The translations under genes and the position numbers were made by a program. From Heptranchias perlo (Eukaryota): a stretch of DNA of 64,000 nt. The stretch is from the NCBI RefSeq assembly GCF_035084215.1, contig NC_090325.1, positions 185,938,001-186,002,000 on the forward strand, given 5' to 3'. The notes under the pieces are model-generated. The model saw nothing but the letters and a program-made list of their open reading frames with translations, ran no database searches and was not told the DNA's origin. Each line of letters starts with the position of its first letter. Positions within the stretch are counted from its first letter, which is position 1. This document shows positions 25,524 to 37,854 of this stretch, in pieces.

Positions 25524-27831
25524 AGGTGACAGAAGTGTTAGTGAGGGATCACTTTGGGACCAGTGATCATAATTCCATTAGTTTTAAGATAGCTATGGAG
25601 AAGGATAGGTCTGGCCCAAAAGTTAAAATTCTAAATTGGGGAAAGGCCAATTTTGATGGTATTAGACAGGAACTTTCAGAAGTTGATTGGGAGAGTCTGT
25701 TGGCAGGCAAAGGGACGTCTGGTAAGTGGGAGGCTTTCAAAAGTGTGTTAACCAGGGTTCAGGGTAAGCACATTCCTTATAAAGTGAAGGGCAAGGTTGG
25801 TAGAAGTAGGGAACCTTGGATGACTCGGGAGATTGAGGCCCTCGTCAAAAAGAAGAAGGAGGCATATGACATGCATAGGCAGCTGGGATCAAGTGGATCC
25901 CTTGAAGAGTATAGAGATTGCCGGAGTAGAGTTAAGAGAGAAATCAGGAGGGCAAAAAGGGGACATGAGATTGCTTTGGCAGATAAGGCAAAGGAGAATC
26001 CAAAGAGCTTCTACAAATACATAAAGGGCAAAAGAGTAACGAGGGAGAGAGTAGGGCCTCTTAAGGATCAACAAGGTCATCTATGTGCGGAACCACAAGA
26101 GATGGGTGAGATCCTGAATGAATATTTCACATCGGTATTTACGGTTGAGAAAGGCATGGATGTTAGGGAACTTGGGGAAATAAATAGTGATGTCTTGAGG
26201 AGTGTACATATTACAGAGAGGGAGGTGCTGGAAGTCTTAACGCGCATCAAGGTAGATAAATCTCCGGGACCTGATGAAATGTATCCCAGGACGTTATGGG
26301 AGGTTAGGGAGGAAATTGCGGGTCCCCTAGCAGAGATATTTGAATCATCCACCGCTACAGGGGAGGTGCCTGAAGATTGGAGGGTAGCAAATGTTGTGCC
26401 TTTGTTTAAGAAGGGCGGCAGGGAAAAGCCTGGGAACTACAGACCGGTGAGCCTGACATCTGTAGTGGGTAAGTTGTTGGAGGGTATTCTGAGGGACAGG
26501 ATCTACAGGCATTTGGAGAGGCAGGGACTAATTAGGAACAGTCAGCATGGTTTTGTGAGAGGAAAATCATGTCTCACGAATTTGATTGAGTTTTTTGAAG
26601 GGCTAACCAAGAAGATAGATGAGGGCTGTGCAGTAGACGTGGTCTACATGGACTTCAGCAAAGCATTTGACAAGGTACCGCATGGTAGGTTGTTACATAA
26701 GGTTAAATCTCATGGGATCCAAGGTGAGGTAGCCAATTGGATACAAAATTGGCTTGACGACAGAAGACAGAGGGTGGTTGTCGAGGGTTGTTTTTCAAAC
26801 TGGATGCCTGTGTCCAGCGGTGTGCCTCAGGGATCGGTGCTGGGTCCGCTGTTATTTGTTATTTATATTAATGATTTGGATGAGAATTTAGGAGGCATGG
26901 TTAGTAAGTTTGCAGATGACACCAAGATTGGTGGCATTGTGGACAGTGAAGAAGGTTATCTAGGATTGCAACGGGATCTTGATAAATTGGGCCAGTGGGC
27001 TGATGAATGGCAGATGGAGTTTAATTTAGATAAATGTGAGGTGATGCATTTTGGTAGATCGAATCGGGCCAGGACCTACTCCGTTAATGGTAGGGCGTTG
27101 GGGAGAGTTATAGAACAAAGAGATCTGGGAGTACAGATTCATAGCTCCTTGAAAGTGGAGTCACAGGTGGATAGGGTGGTGAAGAAGGCATTCGGCATGC
27201 TTGGTTTCATTGGTCAGAACATTGAATGCAGGAATTGGGATGTCTTGTTGAAGTTGTACAGGGCATTGGTGAGGCCACACTTGGAGTACTGTGTACAGTT
27301 CTGGTCACCCTATTATAGAAAGGATATTATTAAACTAGAAAGAGTGCAGAAAAGATTTACTAGGATGCTACCGGGACTTGATGGTTTGACTTATACGGAG
27401 AGGTTAGACAGACTGGGACTTTTTTCCCTGGAGAGTAGGAGGTTAAGGGGTGATCTTATAGAAGTCTATAAAATAATGAGGGGCATAGATAAGGTCGATA
27501 GTCAAAATCTTTTCCCAAAGGTAGGGGAGTCTATAACGAGGGGGCATAGATTTAAGGTGAGAGGGGAGAGATACAAAAGGGTCCAGAGGGGCAATTTTTT
27601 CACTCAAAGGGTGGTGAGTGTCTGGAACGAGCTGCCAGAGGCAGTAGTAGAGGCGGGTACAATTTTGTCTTTTAAAAAGCATTTGGACAGTTACATGGGT
27701 AAGATGGGTGTAGAGGGATATGGGCCAAGTGCAGGCAATTGGGACTAGCTTAGTGGTATAAACTGGGCGACATGGACATGTTGGGCCGAAGGGCCTGTTT
27801 CCATGTTGTAACTTCTATGATTCTATGATTC
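25524..27831 (+). mobile_element. Young 5'-truncated CR1 LINE
   Basis: Uninterrupted ORF2 remnant, short 3' UTR, (ttctatga)n tail, and an apparent TSD TAGAC at 25519-25523 and 27832-27836. Confidence 0.95.
25526..27748 (+). CDS. CR1 ORF2 (C-terminal end of APE endonuclease plus complete reverse transcriptase), N-terminally truncated
   Basis: 740 aa without stops: SDH endonuclease motif, [46 protein letters not shown] and LVRPHLEYCVQFW. The start codon is not the native one. Confidence 0.9.
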   Translation: MTEVLVRDHFGTSDHNSISFKIAMEKDRSGPKVKILNWGKANFDGIRQELSEVDWESLLAGKGTSGKWEAFKSVLTRVQGKHIPYKVKGKVGRSREPWMTREIEALVKKKKEAYDMHRQLGSSGSLEEYRDCRSRVKREIRRAKRGHEIALADKAKENPKSFYKYIKGKRVTRERVGPLKDQQGHLCAEPQEMGEILNEYFTSVFTVEKGMDVRELGEINSDVLRSVHITEREVLEVLTRIKVDKSPGPDEMYPRTLWEVREEIAGPLAEIFESSTATGEVPEDWRVANVVPLFKKGGREKPGNYRPVSLTSVVGKLLEGILRDRIYRHLERQGLIRNSQHGFVRGKSCLTNLIEFFEGLTKKIDEGCAVDVVYMDFSKAFDKVPHGRLLHKVKSHGIQGEVANWIQNWLDDRRQRVVVEGCFSNWMPVSSGVPQGSVLGPLLFVIYINDLDENLGGMVSKFADDTKIGGIVDSEEGYLGLQRDLDKLGQWADEWQMEFNLDKCEVMHFGRSNRARTYSVNGRALGRVIEQRDLGVQIHSSLKVESQVDRVVKKAFGMLGFIGQNIECRNWDVLLKLYRALVRPHLEYCVQFWSPYYRKDIIKLERVQKRFTRMLPGLDGLTYTERLDRLGLFSLESRRLRGDLIEVYKIMRGIDKVDSQNLFPKVGESITRGHRFKVRGERYKRVQRGNFFTQRVVSVWNELPEAVVEAGTILSFKKHLDSYMGKMGVEGYGPSAGNWD

Positions 27832-29307
27832 TAGACCAGGACAAGCTTTTTCACCTTGTCCCAAACAGTAGAACCCGAGGACACGGCCTGCACTTGAAAG
27901 GTGATAAAACTAATATGGAACATGGTCCCTAGGGAGAGTGTGGGAGCAGTTAGTATTGATTGATTCAAATGCAAATTTGATAGATTTCTTTCAGAAAATA
28001 ACATTTTGGGATACAGTATATGAGTAATTTGAGATGTGACATGTGGTACATGTAGCATGCTTGGGAGAAACAGGTGACTTTGGACTTATGATACCCAAAG
28101 CTCTCCACCAGTGGGGGTTTTCCTCGTGTCATGTTGTGGGTCTGTTGTAGACTAATTGATAGAGATTGATTGCCATGGGGAGTCAACAACTCCATTATCG
28201 TGGTATCATACGATTACCAGGATGGTAGAAGGCGAACTAGATGGTCCTTGGTCTTTATTTGTCTAGCAGTTCCTACGTTCCCCTGGTGGGACCGGCATCC
28301 ACCAGCTGAGTACCAGCCTGTGCTCAGCCGGGGAAGCAGCAAACTCCAACATAGGGAGTGCCCACTCCCAGTACCTCCCCTTCCATGTCAATGGCCTTGT
28401 TTGGGGTGGATGGCATTTCTAGGTCCTGGCATAGATTGCGGCCATTCTGCCATATTCCCGCCAGATTTTTAAGGGTGGAGGGTGTTGGAAAAGCCAAGGA
28501 TTTCTGGCCTTACTATATATAGGGAATGCTTGGCTACAACCATGACAGCCAAAAAATGTCTTCCAAATGCAACCTAGTTCTAGGGTAAAACTCAACCGTG
28601 ACATCTTGACAAGATGGGCCTGAAAATTTATAGACTGAAAAGTCAAAGGGACATTTTCCTTATGAAGATCTGAAGCTTAAGTAAAGCAGATTTTAACTGG
28701 TCCCTCTGAACGATCTCTCACAGTCAATCTTAGTGTGCGAAAAATAAGCTTGGCTTGTGTGTGAAGCAGATCGAGTGACCTTTTCCATCTTAAATACCTT
28801 TATTAGAGTTTTTCAGGGTGGTGATAAAATTTTGTCTGATTACAGTATAAAAGGAGGTGCATCCTGATGACTAAGCACTTTGGTTGATCACCTACCTGGG
28901 ACACTTTTATTGGTAAACGCAATCAACAACTTCCCCAGCAACATTAAGCAGATGAGTGGGAAATAGCAAACCAAGATCCAGGGAGACTGCAACAATCAAA
29001 GGCCCCAGAACGGAAGGAAAAACCTTTAATTTTTGACAACTAATGTTTTGATGGTACAAGCCCACGCTTGCCTGCACTCTTACAACACTGAAAATGGGCC
29101 GTCCGGGAACAGGGCTTGGAATGTGTGCTGGAATATACACACACCAAGCTCCCTCCTGCCACCGAAAGCCAGTCAGTGTAAATCAGTTACTGCCGGCTCC
29201 AAAGCAAAACTGTAACTACCAATCTCAGATTGGTGCAGTGTAATGGAAGCCTAGACGGTACAATAAGTGCACAGATAGGTCCCTTTGTAACGTGAAGGAG
29301 AATGTGT

Positions 29308-29745
29308 CAGTCGTGGCTCAGTGGGTAGCACTCTCTCTCGCCTCTGAGTCAGAAGGTCGTGGGTTGAAGCATAATCTAGGCTGACAGTACCAGTGCAGTA
29401 CTGAGGGAGCACTGCAATGCAGGAGGTTCCGTCTTTCAGATGAGACGTTAAACCGAGGCCCCGTCTGCCCTCTCAGGTGGACATAAAAGATCCCATGGCA
29501 CTATTTCGAAGAAGAGTAGAGGAGTTCTCCCCGGTGTCTTGGCCAATATTTATCCCTCAACCAATGCCACTAAAACAGATGTTCTGGTCATTACCACATT
29601 GCTGTTTGTGGGATCTTGCTGTGCACAAATTGGCTGTTGCTTTACCTACCTTACAACAGTGATTACACTTCAAAAATACTTCATTGGCTGTAAAGCGCTT
29701 TGGGGGGTCCTGAGGTCGCGAAAGGTGCTAAATAAATGCAAGTTC
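29308..29745 (+). mobile_element. Deu-domain SINE, near full length
   Basis: tRNA-like head gtggctcagtgggtagcactctc...gtgggttgaagc, Deu core, and tail aaagcgctttgggg...aaatgcaagttct. Confidence 0.9.
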
Positions 29746-31087
29746 TATATATCTATCTATCTATGACACCTTTAGATATGTAATAAGACGTCAACATTAA
29801 CTTCTTGTTGCGTTGGGTGGACGTGCGCATGATTGCATGACAAAGTGCGTCAGAAGAAAGGGCCAGTGAGGGAAGCATAAATTGTGTGTAAACTATTTGT
29901 CTGGAGCCTCTATGTGTTGTATAAACTGACTCACAGGGAATGTAGGATTTATTATGTGTCATAATTGTTCGTCTGTGTGCTACGCACAGAAAGAGCAGCA
30001 GGGCTCCACAGCTACTGTGCATTTTTACTCAGTCTACAAAGCCTGGCCCCCTACTGCTAGTAAATATATACCCTCAATCCATAAACAACCCAAAAAGATC
30101 TCTGAACACTTTGTAAAATCCACACGTTCTACTGTATAGCAATTACCAACGTTCCACAATGTGACCAGATCTCTCTATGAGGCTTGTAGTCTGTGTAAAA
30201 AAAAATGACACCCATTTCTATACACTTGGCTGCAAGACATAGCAACAACTCTATCCATTTCAATGTTTGCAATGGGCTTCATTGCAGTCTCATAACACCG
30301 CACTGTTGGTCTTGCTCTGACCTGGATCAGTGTGACTGTATTGTTTCCATTTTTCAACTTTGAGGTAAATCAGTGCTTTGAAACATGTCAGAAATGTGAT
30401 TGAGATCTCTGATAATCAAGCCCAGAATCAGCAATTTCATTAACTGACTGCAGTGTGGGCAAAAGGAGCCAGCTATTATTTCATCACAGTGTCTCTGTCC
30501 TCATTTGTCAAGACTATAAAGAGCCCGATTTATGGAGAGGCCTTGATATAGATATAGCATAGAAATTGCGTAAATATTCTGTGTTCTTTCCCAGACTCAA
30601 ATAACCTGTGTGAATGTTCTGTGTTCTTACCCAGAATCAAAAAGCCTTGTGTGAATGTTCTGTAAATGCAAAGTGCTGGTGCCCCGGGTGCACAAGGAAG
30701 GAAAGGAAAGAGCGCCCAGTGTGTTATCTTGCCAGCCCTGGTGAAGTTGATGAACTTTCTGTGACACTGTTCTGCAGTGCTGGGTATGAGGGAGTTGGCA
30801 CTTAATGCCAGTGCTATCTCCCTCCAGCCAACGTGAGTTACATTACTGGGTGGCTTGGTGGCACCTACACCCAGGAGACTGTGCCTCCAGCCCTCGATTT
30901 CCTCAAGGACGTCTGAGTGAGCAAAGTTGTGCGTTCATCTTTTCTGGCTTGGTGCCCTGCCCTGCTGCTCTCTGGGCACAGATGTGACTCGAGTGTTCAT
31001 AATTCTGTGCAAGTGTAATAAAAACGTTGCTAAGGCAGGGAAGTTACCCGAGAGTGAAGTGAAAGAGCCAAGCACTTTTGCTCTCTC

Positions 31088-31285
31088 AAATAAAAACAGA
31101 AAATGCTGGAAACACTCAACAGATCAAGCGGCAACTGTGGAGAGAGAATCAGAGTTAACATTTCAGGTCAATTACTTTTCATCAGAACTCTTTCTCTCCG
31201 TTGACGCTGCCTGACCTGCTGAGTGTTTCTACCATTTTCTGTTTTTATTGCAGATTTCCAGCGTCTGCAGTTTTTTGATTTTGTT
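31088..31285. mobile_element. Penelope-derived inverted (palindromic) pLTR element
   Basis: aataaaaacagaaaatgctggaaacactca... and ...tgagtgtttctaccattttctgtttttatt are inverted copies. A degenerate hammerhead motif lies on the minus strand at 31152-31190. Confidence 0.65.
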
Positions 31286-31359
31286 TCACTGTTGCTGTCT
31301 TACCTTGTTGTCCCCTAGTCTGCTGCTGAAGACTTCAGGCTGAACTGTTATGTTTAAGG

Positions 31360-31845
31360 ACATTCAGCCACCGATCTTCGGGTCAGCGTTCTCCAAGGCG
31401 GCCTTCGAGACACACGACAACACAAAATCGTCGAGCAGAAGTTGATAGCCAAGTTCCGCACCCATGAGGACGGCCTCAACCATGCTACACGTAACCCCAC
31501 CAGCAAAAAGGGAAAAAAAAGTTATGTGTTTTAATATTCTCTCTCTCTCTGCCATTTGGGTCTCTTTCTTTCTGTCTGTGTAATTGACACAATGTATCCA
31601 GTGTACTGGGACGTGCTGTTCTCCGTGACTGGCCTGTTTGAACAACAACGACACCTTTTGATTGGTGTGATGCTGTCCCAGCCTAATATAAGATATGCGA
31701 TTTGAGAACCTTTCACTCATTCACCTGACGAAGGGGATAATCTCCGAAAGCTTGTGATTTTAAAATAAATTTGTTGGACTATAACCTGGTGTTGTAAGAT
31801 TCCTTACATTTGTCCACCCCAGTCCATCACCGGCACCTCCACATC
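31360..31845 (+). mobile_element. Penelope-like retroelement 3' fragment (GIY-YIG C-terminus plus pLTR)
   Basis: The frame from 31358 reads GHSATDLRVSVLQGGLRDTRQHKIVEQKLIAKFRTHEDGLN, typical of the PLE GIY-YIG end. Flanked by atgtttaa(a)gg at 31350-31359 and 31846-31856. Confidence 0.8.
31721..31757 (+). ncRNA. Minimal type I hammerhead ribozyme motif in the Penelope pLTR
   Basis: Stem I UCAC/GUGA, core CUGACGA, stem II GGGGA/UCUCC, GAA, palindromic AGCU, then U at the predicted cleavage position. Confidence 0.65.
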
Positions 31846-32585
31846 ATGTTTAAAGGCTGCACAGAAGTTTCCAGGTAGTTCAGCTGCTTACATTGGTTTT
31901 ACACCAATGGGAATGCAAATGAGCAGACCCAGGAAACTCACATGGAATTCTCTCATTAGGACACAAACATGTGATTTTTTAAAGGGGCAACAGCGACATA
32001 GGAAATTCTGGCCAGAGATTTTCTTTCAGATCAATAACACAAAATTGCATATATACAGATATATGTAATCAATACCATTTAACGCTGTAACTATAACTGA
32101 ATTGTAATGTTTCTCAATGTCCCAGTATGATCCACTGAGATAGAACCTTTCTGAATCCCAAAGGATAGAGTACTCCTTCTCTAAGTTCTGCTGAAAGTTC
32201 ATATTGACGTTGCTCACCAGTTTTGAAGTAATTAGTGCAGTGATTATCATTTGACTGTAGGTGAAATCTTCTACATTACACAAAGTCAGAAAGAATAAAA
32301 GAAGAAAAAAAATGGATGATGTATGAAAGCATTTATTTCCTCGTTCCACTTGTCGAATTACGAAATGCAGTGTTTTGAATATTTTAAATAGTTTGTTATG
32401 TGGAGCCCTGCGAGCTTAAGGAGTGATGGATTGGAGTCATTTCGTTTCTTGAATTCTGGCTGCTAAGTCATTTTGTATCCTAACTGGACTGATGCACCAA
32501 TCGTTTTACACCTTACTGAACAGATGCACCAATCACGGTCACACTTCTGAATAAAAGGTAACTGTAAACATTATTTTTTAACATG

Positions 32586-33184
32586 GGCCCCGATTGTAAC
32601 TCCCCCCCTCCCCCCGCCTGGCCGAAACCGGGCTGGTGGGGGGGAGAGGGAGTTAATATGAGGGCAGTGAATTACCACCTCTGGTCCTGCTGCCTTCCCG
32701 CCGTGTCTCGATATTAACCAGCTCTTTTGAGCGGGCGAGCGGGATACCCGCAGGAAGGGGCAGCTGGGTGCTTCTTTAAATATGCAGATCGGGTCCGATG
32801 ATGTCATCAGGCCAGACCCACCAGGAGGGGGATCGTGGGCCAAACAGGTAAGTTATTCCATTTTATTTAAGGTTTCTTTGCGGGCCAGGAGTGCTCCTCC
32901 AGGCCTCGCAAGGAAACCTTGGGCCTCCCTTGTACTGGGCTCTTCCCCTCCTCCCCTCCCCCTCCCCCTCCCCCCCCACCATGCCACACCCCGATCATGT
33001 CCAGAGCCCCCTCCCCCTCACCGCCTCCCACCACCGAATACCCGCTCCCGCCCACTGGCCAGGTTTGAGCGGAAGTTGGAGAAAATATCACGGTAATGAG
33101 ACCCGGCCATTAAGATCCTGGATGCATTGCCCACTTCGGGTCTCGGGCATGCCATCATAGCCTGCCCCCTTTAAAATCGGGACC
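32586..33184. mobile_element. Non-autonomous Harbinger-type element (related to 11114)
   Basis: TIRs ggccccgattgtaa / ttaaaatcgggacc, flanks ATG/ACG, and the internal ggagtgctcc motif shared with the other copies. Confidence 0.6.
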
Positions 33185-34024
33185 ACGGCCTCTAAACACA
33201 GAACGTAAAGATCTCATTAATAAAAATGTAGAGACCTATACTTTGAGTAATTCATGTGGTCTGAGAAGGACTAGCTATTCCAATCTTGATGCCCATCTGT
33301 ACGACTCAGTTACTGTATTTATGGTCCAACGGATGGGTGTCATGTTTCCCATGTACATTCTCCGCACTAAAAGTTCAACTTGGACCAATCTTTCTGGAGA
33401 CTTCGCTCCATCTGGTCAATGTGGGGCAACATTTTCTAGCTTAATGCATGTAAACAGTGTTTAGAGATGGCTGCTTCCTGCAGATGCCCATTTATAGCTC
33501 AGAGGGGCTACTTCCCAGTGACATAAAGTGGAGTCCACTAAATGTATGAGCCTTTCCAGCACAAAGGGGATCTAGTAATTTATAGTGTAGGTAATACAAT
33601 CATGGCTTGTAAACCTGTGTAAATCATGGCTTGTAAACGTGTAAATCCATTTAAACGTCTATAACTCAGACTTCGGTCTACATCAACTGCTTTTAGTGAA
33701 GTGATAGATTAGTAGCAACAAAAAAGTTAATTTTCAGATGATTCCTTTTGTGATTAAAGAAGTATTTAAAGATGTATGCGTGTTATTTTGTGCTCATCCT
33801 GTTGAGGTTAATGCTGGGGGATGGGGCCCACATTTCAGGCATCCAGTGGTTGTGTCAGGTATAGCACAGCTGGATGCACAGCCAGACTCCACCTCATGAC
33901 CTGCCTCGGACCCATCCTCAGCAGACGAACCCCTGCTGCACCAATGTGACCTTTTTTTCCATTTCTCATGAGCCGTCATGAGGCTTCTCTGAGTGACCCC
34001 ATTCCAGCTGACAGTTTTGTGTTT

Positions 34025-34468
34025 GGCCCAGTGGTGGCACTCTCACTTCCTAGTCAGATCGCTGTGGGTTCAAGCTCGACTGCAGGAACTTGAACACACG
34101 ATCCAGGCTGACACTTCACTGCAGTGCTGAGGGAGTGCTGCATTGCCAGAGGTGCTGCCTTTCAGATGAGACATTAATCAAATGTCCTGTTCAAGTAGAT
34201 GTAAAAAAAATCCCATGGCACTATTTGAAGAGCAGCAGGTCTTTTTACAATGGCCAACATTTATCCCTCAATTAACACTACCAAAAACAGATTAACTGGT
34301 CATTTACCTCATTGCCATTTGTGGGACCTTGCTGTGTGCAGATTAGCTGCTGTGTTTGCCTACATAACAAGAGTGACTACACTTCAAAAGTAATTCATTG
34401 GCTGTGATGCACTTCGGGACCTACTGAAGACATGCATGGTGCTATTTCAATGCAAGTTCTTTCTTTCT
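34025..34468 (+). mobile_element. Deu-domain SINE
   Basis: tRNA head (gtgggttcaagc), Deu core, and tail ...aatgcaagttctttctttc. Confidence 0.85.
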
Positions 34469-34479
34469 CTGCTGTAACC

Positions 34480-34635
34480 CCATAACTACTAGGAACTGGA
34501 TTGAGACTGGCCACTCATAGGACCCTTACAGCCAGCAGAGAGAGGAGACCTTCAATCCCATTAGTCTGGCTGTATTTTGAACCCAGGGCCTCGAGGTGAA
34601 AGGCCAGTGTCTGGCCCATTGCACCAATCAGTTAC
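34480..34635 (-). mobile_element. LF-SINE-like 5' portion
   Basis: Minus strand ggcctttcacctcgaggccctgggttcaaaatacagccag...ggtcctatgagtggccagtctcaatccagttcctagt matches the recalled LF-SINE consensus (CCTTTCACCTCTAGGTCACTGGGTTCAAATCCAGCC...GTCTCAGTCCAGTTCCTAGT). Confidence 0.6.
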
Positions 34636-35511
34636 CGCAGAAGTAACATTTATTTTTCAAGCAAACTCTCGTTCATTTATTTCACTGAGCCTCACAATGG
34701 CAAAAGCCATTTACTGTGCATAAGAATATGTGAAAGATGAGGCCACTATTTATTGGCACAATAATTGATTGAGGCCAACAAGGTTTTAATTGCAGCATTT
34801 ATTATCATTGTGTTCTTTAATGTTTTATGAAAGCAACAGCAAGAATTGCTTTGCCTAGTCACTCCCAGCTCTCAGTGCAGTGCCAATTTGTAATCCATTC
34901 TAATGAACAAATCCATAGATGCCACCTCTACTGTTGAATTTTACCTTCTCATATCAATACATCCCATCAAAAGCCTCTTACTTAGGTTAAGACTTGGCGC
35001 CAATATCCCTCTGGGTCTCATGCACTTTGACTTCTGTGGTTTCTCTTGTTCTTCTCTCATTGATTTCTTGCCTAGACGCGCATGCCAACTGGAAACCATA
35101 CAACTTTTAAGCACATGCGCATGCGCGCGCACACAGGCACGCAGCGTCACAAAGCAGCGAGAAATCATTGCCAACGGAGGAAGCACTGCACTTTATAATT
35201 GAGTTTAATTTCCGTTCCTCATGATCATTGCTGGTGTATATTTCAAAGCAAATCAGCGTCACAGCAGGGGAGCAGGGGTGATAACGTTCTTCTCCCTCCC
35301 TTTGGAGAAACTACCTGGCAGGATTAACAGGGCACTTTTACCCTTAGGAGTGAAAATCGCTGACTGCTTAAGGCTGCCTTCCAGTGTGACTTTGCAGCAT
35401 AAATGTAGCATACCACGTGTACAGCTCGGCACAACCTGGCCCTGAAATTCCGTGTGGCATGATTGACAGCGGATTCGGAACTGGAGAGGATTGTCGGGCA
35501 GAAGTGACACA

Positions 35512-36000
35512 TCTCTAATGTGGTACCTTGTCAAAGGCTTTCCTAAAGTCCATGTACACTACATCCACTGCATTTCCTCCATCTCCCATATCTGTTGCCT
35601 CCTCAAAGGATTCTTTGAGGTTTGTCAAGCACAATTGTTCTTTTAGAAATCCCTGCTGACCACTTCTAACTATTATCTCTTTATCTAGATACGTGGTCAC
35701 TTCATCTTTAATTAAAAACTAAAATTTTCCCTACAACAGATGTTAAGCTAACTGACCTGTAATTACCCAGGTTGGCTCTGTCTTCCTTTTTAAAAACAGG
35801 TACTACATTGGCCAATCTCCAGTCCTCCAGCACACAGCCACAATCAGTAGAGCCCCGAAATATAATTTCTAGGGTCTGGATAATTCCCTCCCTCAGAATC
35901 CTAGGATATATCCATCGAGCCCTGGTGCTTTGTTTTCCTTTAGCTTCACTAACAACTAAAATTTTCCTTTTATCCATCGTAATGTCACTCATCTCTCCCT
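35512..36000 (-). mobile_element. Internal CR1 RT fragment
   Basis: EDWRLANVVPVFKKEDRANLGNYRSVSLTSVVGK and AVDVVYMDFRKAFDKVPH (ORFs 35708-35992 and 35515-35700). Confidence 0.85.
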
Positions 36001-37317
36001 GTCACTTCAGCTCCCTCCGTTACCACCCCATTACCAACTCTCTCCATTACCAGCTACCTCCATTCCCAGCTGTCTCCGTTACCAGCTCCCACCGTTACCA
36101 GCACCCTGGCAATGGAAAGAGCTGGCAACAGAGACAGCTGGCATGGTTACCAACTCACTCCATTACCACCTCACTCCGTGATGTGCTCTCGGTTCGATGG
36201 GGTCATTGCGTGTCCAGGGCTGGTGCATCACACCTTCAAGCCCACCTCTGCGATGCCCACCCTAAACCACCAGTCAAATGTTAATACAGTACAGATCCCT
36301 CCCACGGTGGTGAAGAGACTTGGTAAGGGCCCAACAAATAACGTCAATTTTTCAATCTTTGGATCCCGATGGAGTAAGTAAACCTTTGGAGAAGGTAAAC
36401 TGATTCCCTCCCAGGATCGGATTCTTTTCCCTAGTAAAGGTTTGGGGCCTTTGTAAGATCCCCAGCTGGACTCACACCAGTATCAGCTGGCAAGAGTTCC
36501 CAATAAGCCTTATAAGGGCAGAATTTCCCAAGAATTCCTCTAGACATGCCCCCTTGGAATGGGAGTGGAGGGCGTGCAGTAAATCTCCACCATAGCCACC
36601 ACCAACTGGAATTTAGAAGGCCAGTGGAACTGGGGAACAACCTGGTGTGCACCAGGTGGAAATTGCCCCATCCTCCCTCCCAGGCTCCAGGAATTTCAGG
36701 ACTCCAGTCTCATTCTAAGGATAGATTGTACTTGGAGGGGTTTTATTTTGTTAACATAGTTGAAATACATTAGGAACAATATTTCTGTAGGAATTGGCAT
36801 AGTTGCAGGCCAAGAATTATAGATTTAAGCAGCATTGCCAAAAACTGCTGCTGTTTGGCACTAAACTGTTGGCTGTTTAATCACTCCACTTGTGTTTTAT
36901 ATAACCTGTGCAAGCCTTCCCCACAAGTGAAATATGGAAGATACGGGGACAGAAGGGGAAAAGAAATATCCATGTCAAAGATTTCGTACTACATACTAAA
37001 ATACTGAAGATATTCTGCGGCTTGACTATTTTGTTTCTATATGTGTCAGGTTTTCTTTCCCACTTTTTTTTCTTAAGGTCAATGGTCAGCTTTAGGGAGA
37101 GGTAACGATGTGAGACAGGTGTCAGTTTGGAGGAGTGGAGTCACAGCGCAAAATGGGGCATTAGCTATCAGGGGAATGCAGTGCAAGATGTTACTCAAGC
37201 AAGCAGTGAACGAGGAAATTAAGGGAAGCACAGGAAGATCCCGCCGTCCAGCCTGACTCGGACGAGCTGTTGTTTTGGGACTGAGAAATTGAATGGGTTA
37301 TTTGTGTTGCTAGGCAA

Positions 37318-37693
37318 CAAGATCGCTGACTCTGGTTGGACGCATTCCTGGAGATTTCATCGTGAAACAGAGTTACGTTTGATTACTATCGTAAAGAAAG
37401 ACAGCGCTGACTTCACAATAGCGTCTTAAGTCACAGCACCGATACACCAATAAGATAGTTGAGAGAGGGCATGATGGTGATGCCTTGACGTTGAAAACAC
37501 TTGCTGAACTATAGTCTCAAGGACGGCATGAAACGAACAAGTAGCTTATTAACAAGATAAATCTGATTCACCATTCAATATTCCTGTTGAGAATTCCCAA
37601 TGGTTTTTCTCCTGGGTTGCCCACAGCTGTGTCTGGAAATTAATCTTTAATTCCTGGAGATTCCAGGACAATCTGGAAGGGTTGGCAACCCTG
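37318..37693. mobile_element. Non-autonomous hAT (Blackjack-like) element
   Basis: Right TIR gggttggcaaccctg, degenerate left TIR, 8-bp flanks ctaggcaa/ccagggaa; termini homologous to 58671-59038. Confidence 0.6.
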
Positions 37694-37854
37694 CCAGGGA
37701 ACAGTAAGATGTTTGGTTGAGCGAGACTTCGGTATTGGGTGTGGAAAAAAACCTGTGGGAGCCGCACAGTTTTAAATGCAGTCGTTTTAGTCTGTTACAA
37801 ATAGTCACCGTGCCGGCCATGATTATTGGAAGCATAGTTAAGAATTAAAAAGAG

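Larger units (their letters stand above)
25488..28282 (+). mobile_element. Old CR1 3' fragment that hosts the young CR1 insertion
   Basis: Joining 25488-25523 to 27837 onward restores VFKILMGLDKVD|QDKLFHLVPNSRTRGHGLHLKG, a CR1 ORF2 C-terminal motif. A diverged 3' UTR ends near 28280. Confidence 0.65.

Noticed and set aside
25526-27748. Novel host RT gene, retron or other prokaryotic-type RT system
   Set aside because: Its motifs, 3' UTR, microsatellite tail, TSD and many decayed paralogues in the window identify a standard CR1 ORF2.
29308-29390. tRNA gene
   Set aside because: The A/B-box-like head runs directly into the Deu SINE body; no cloverleaf or terminator is evident.
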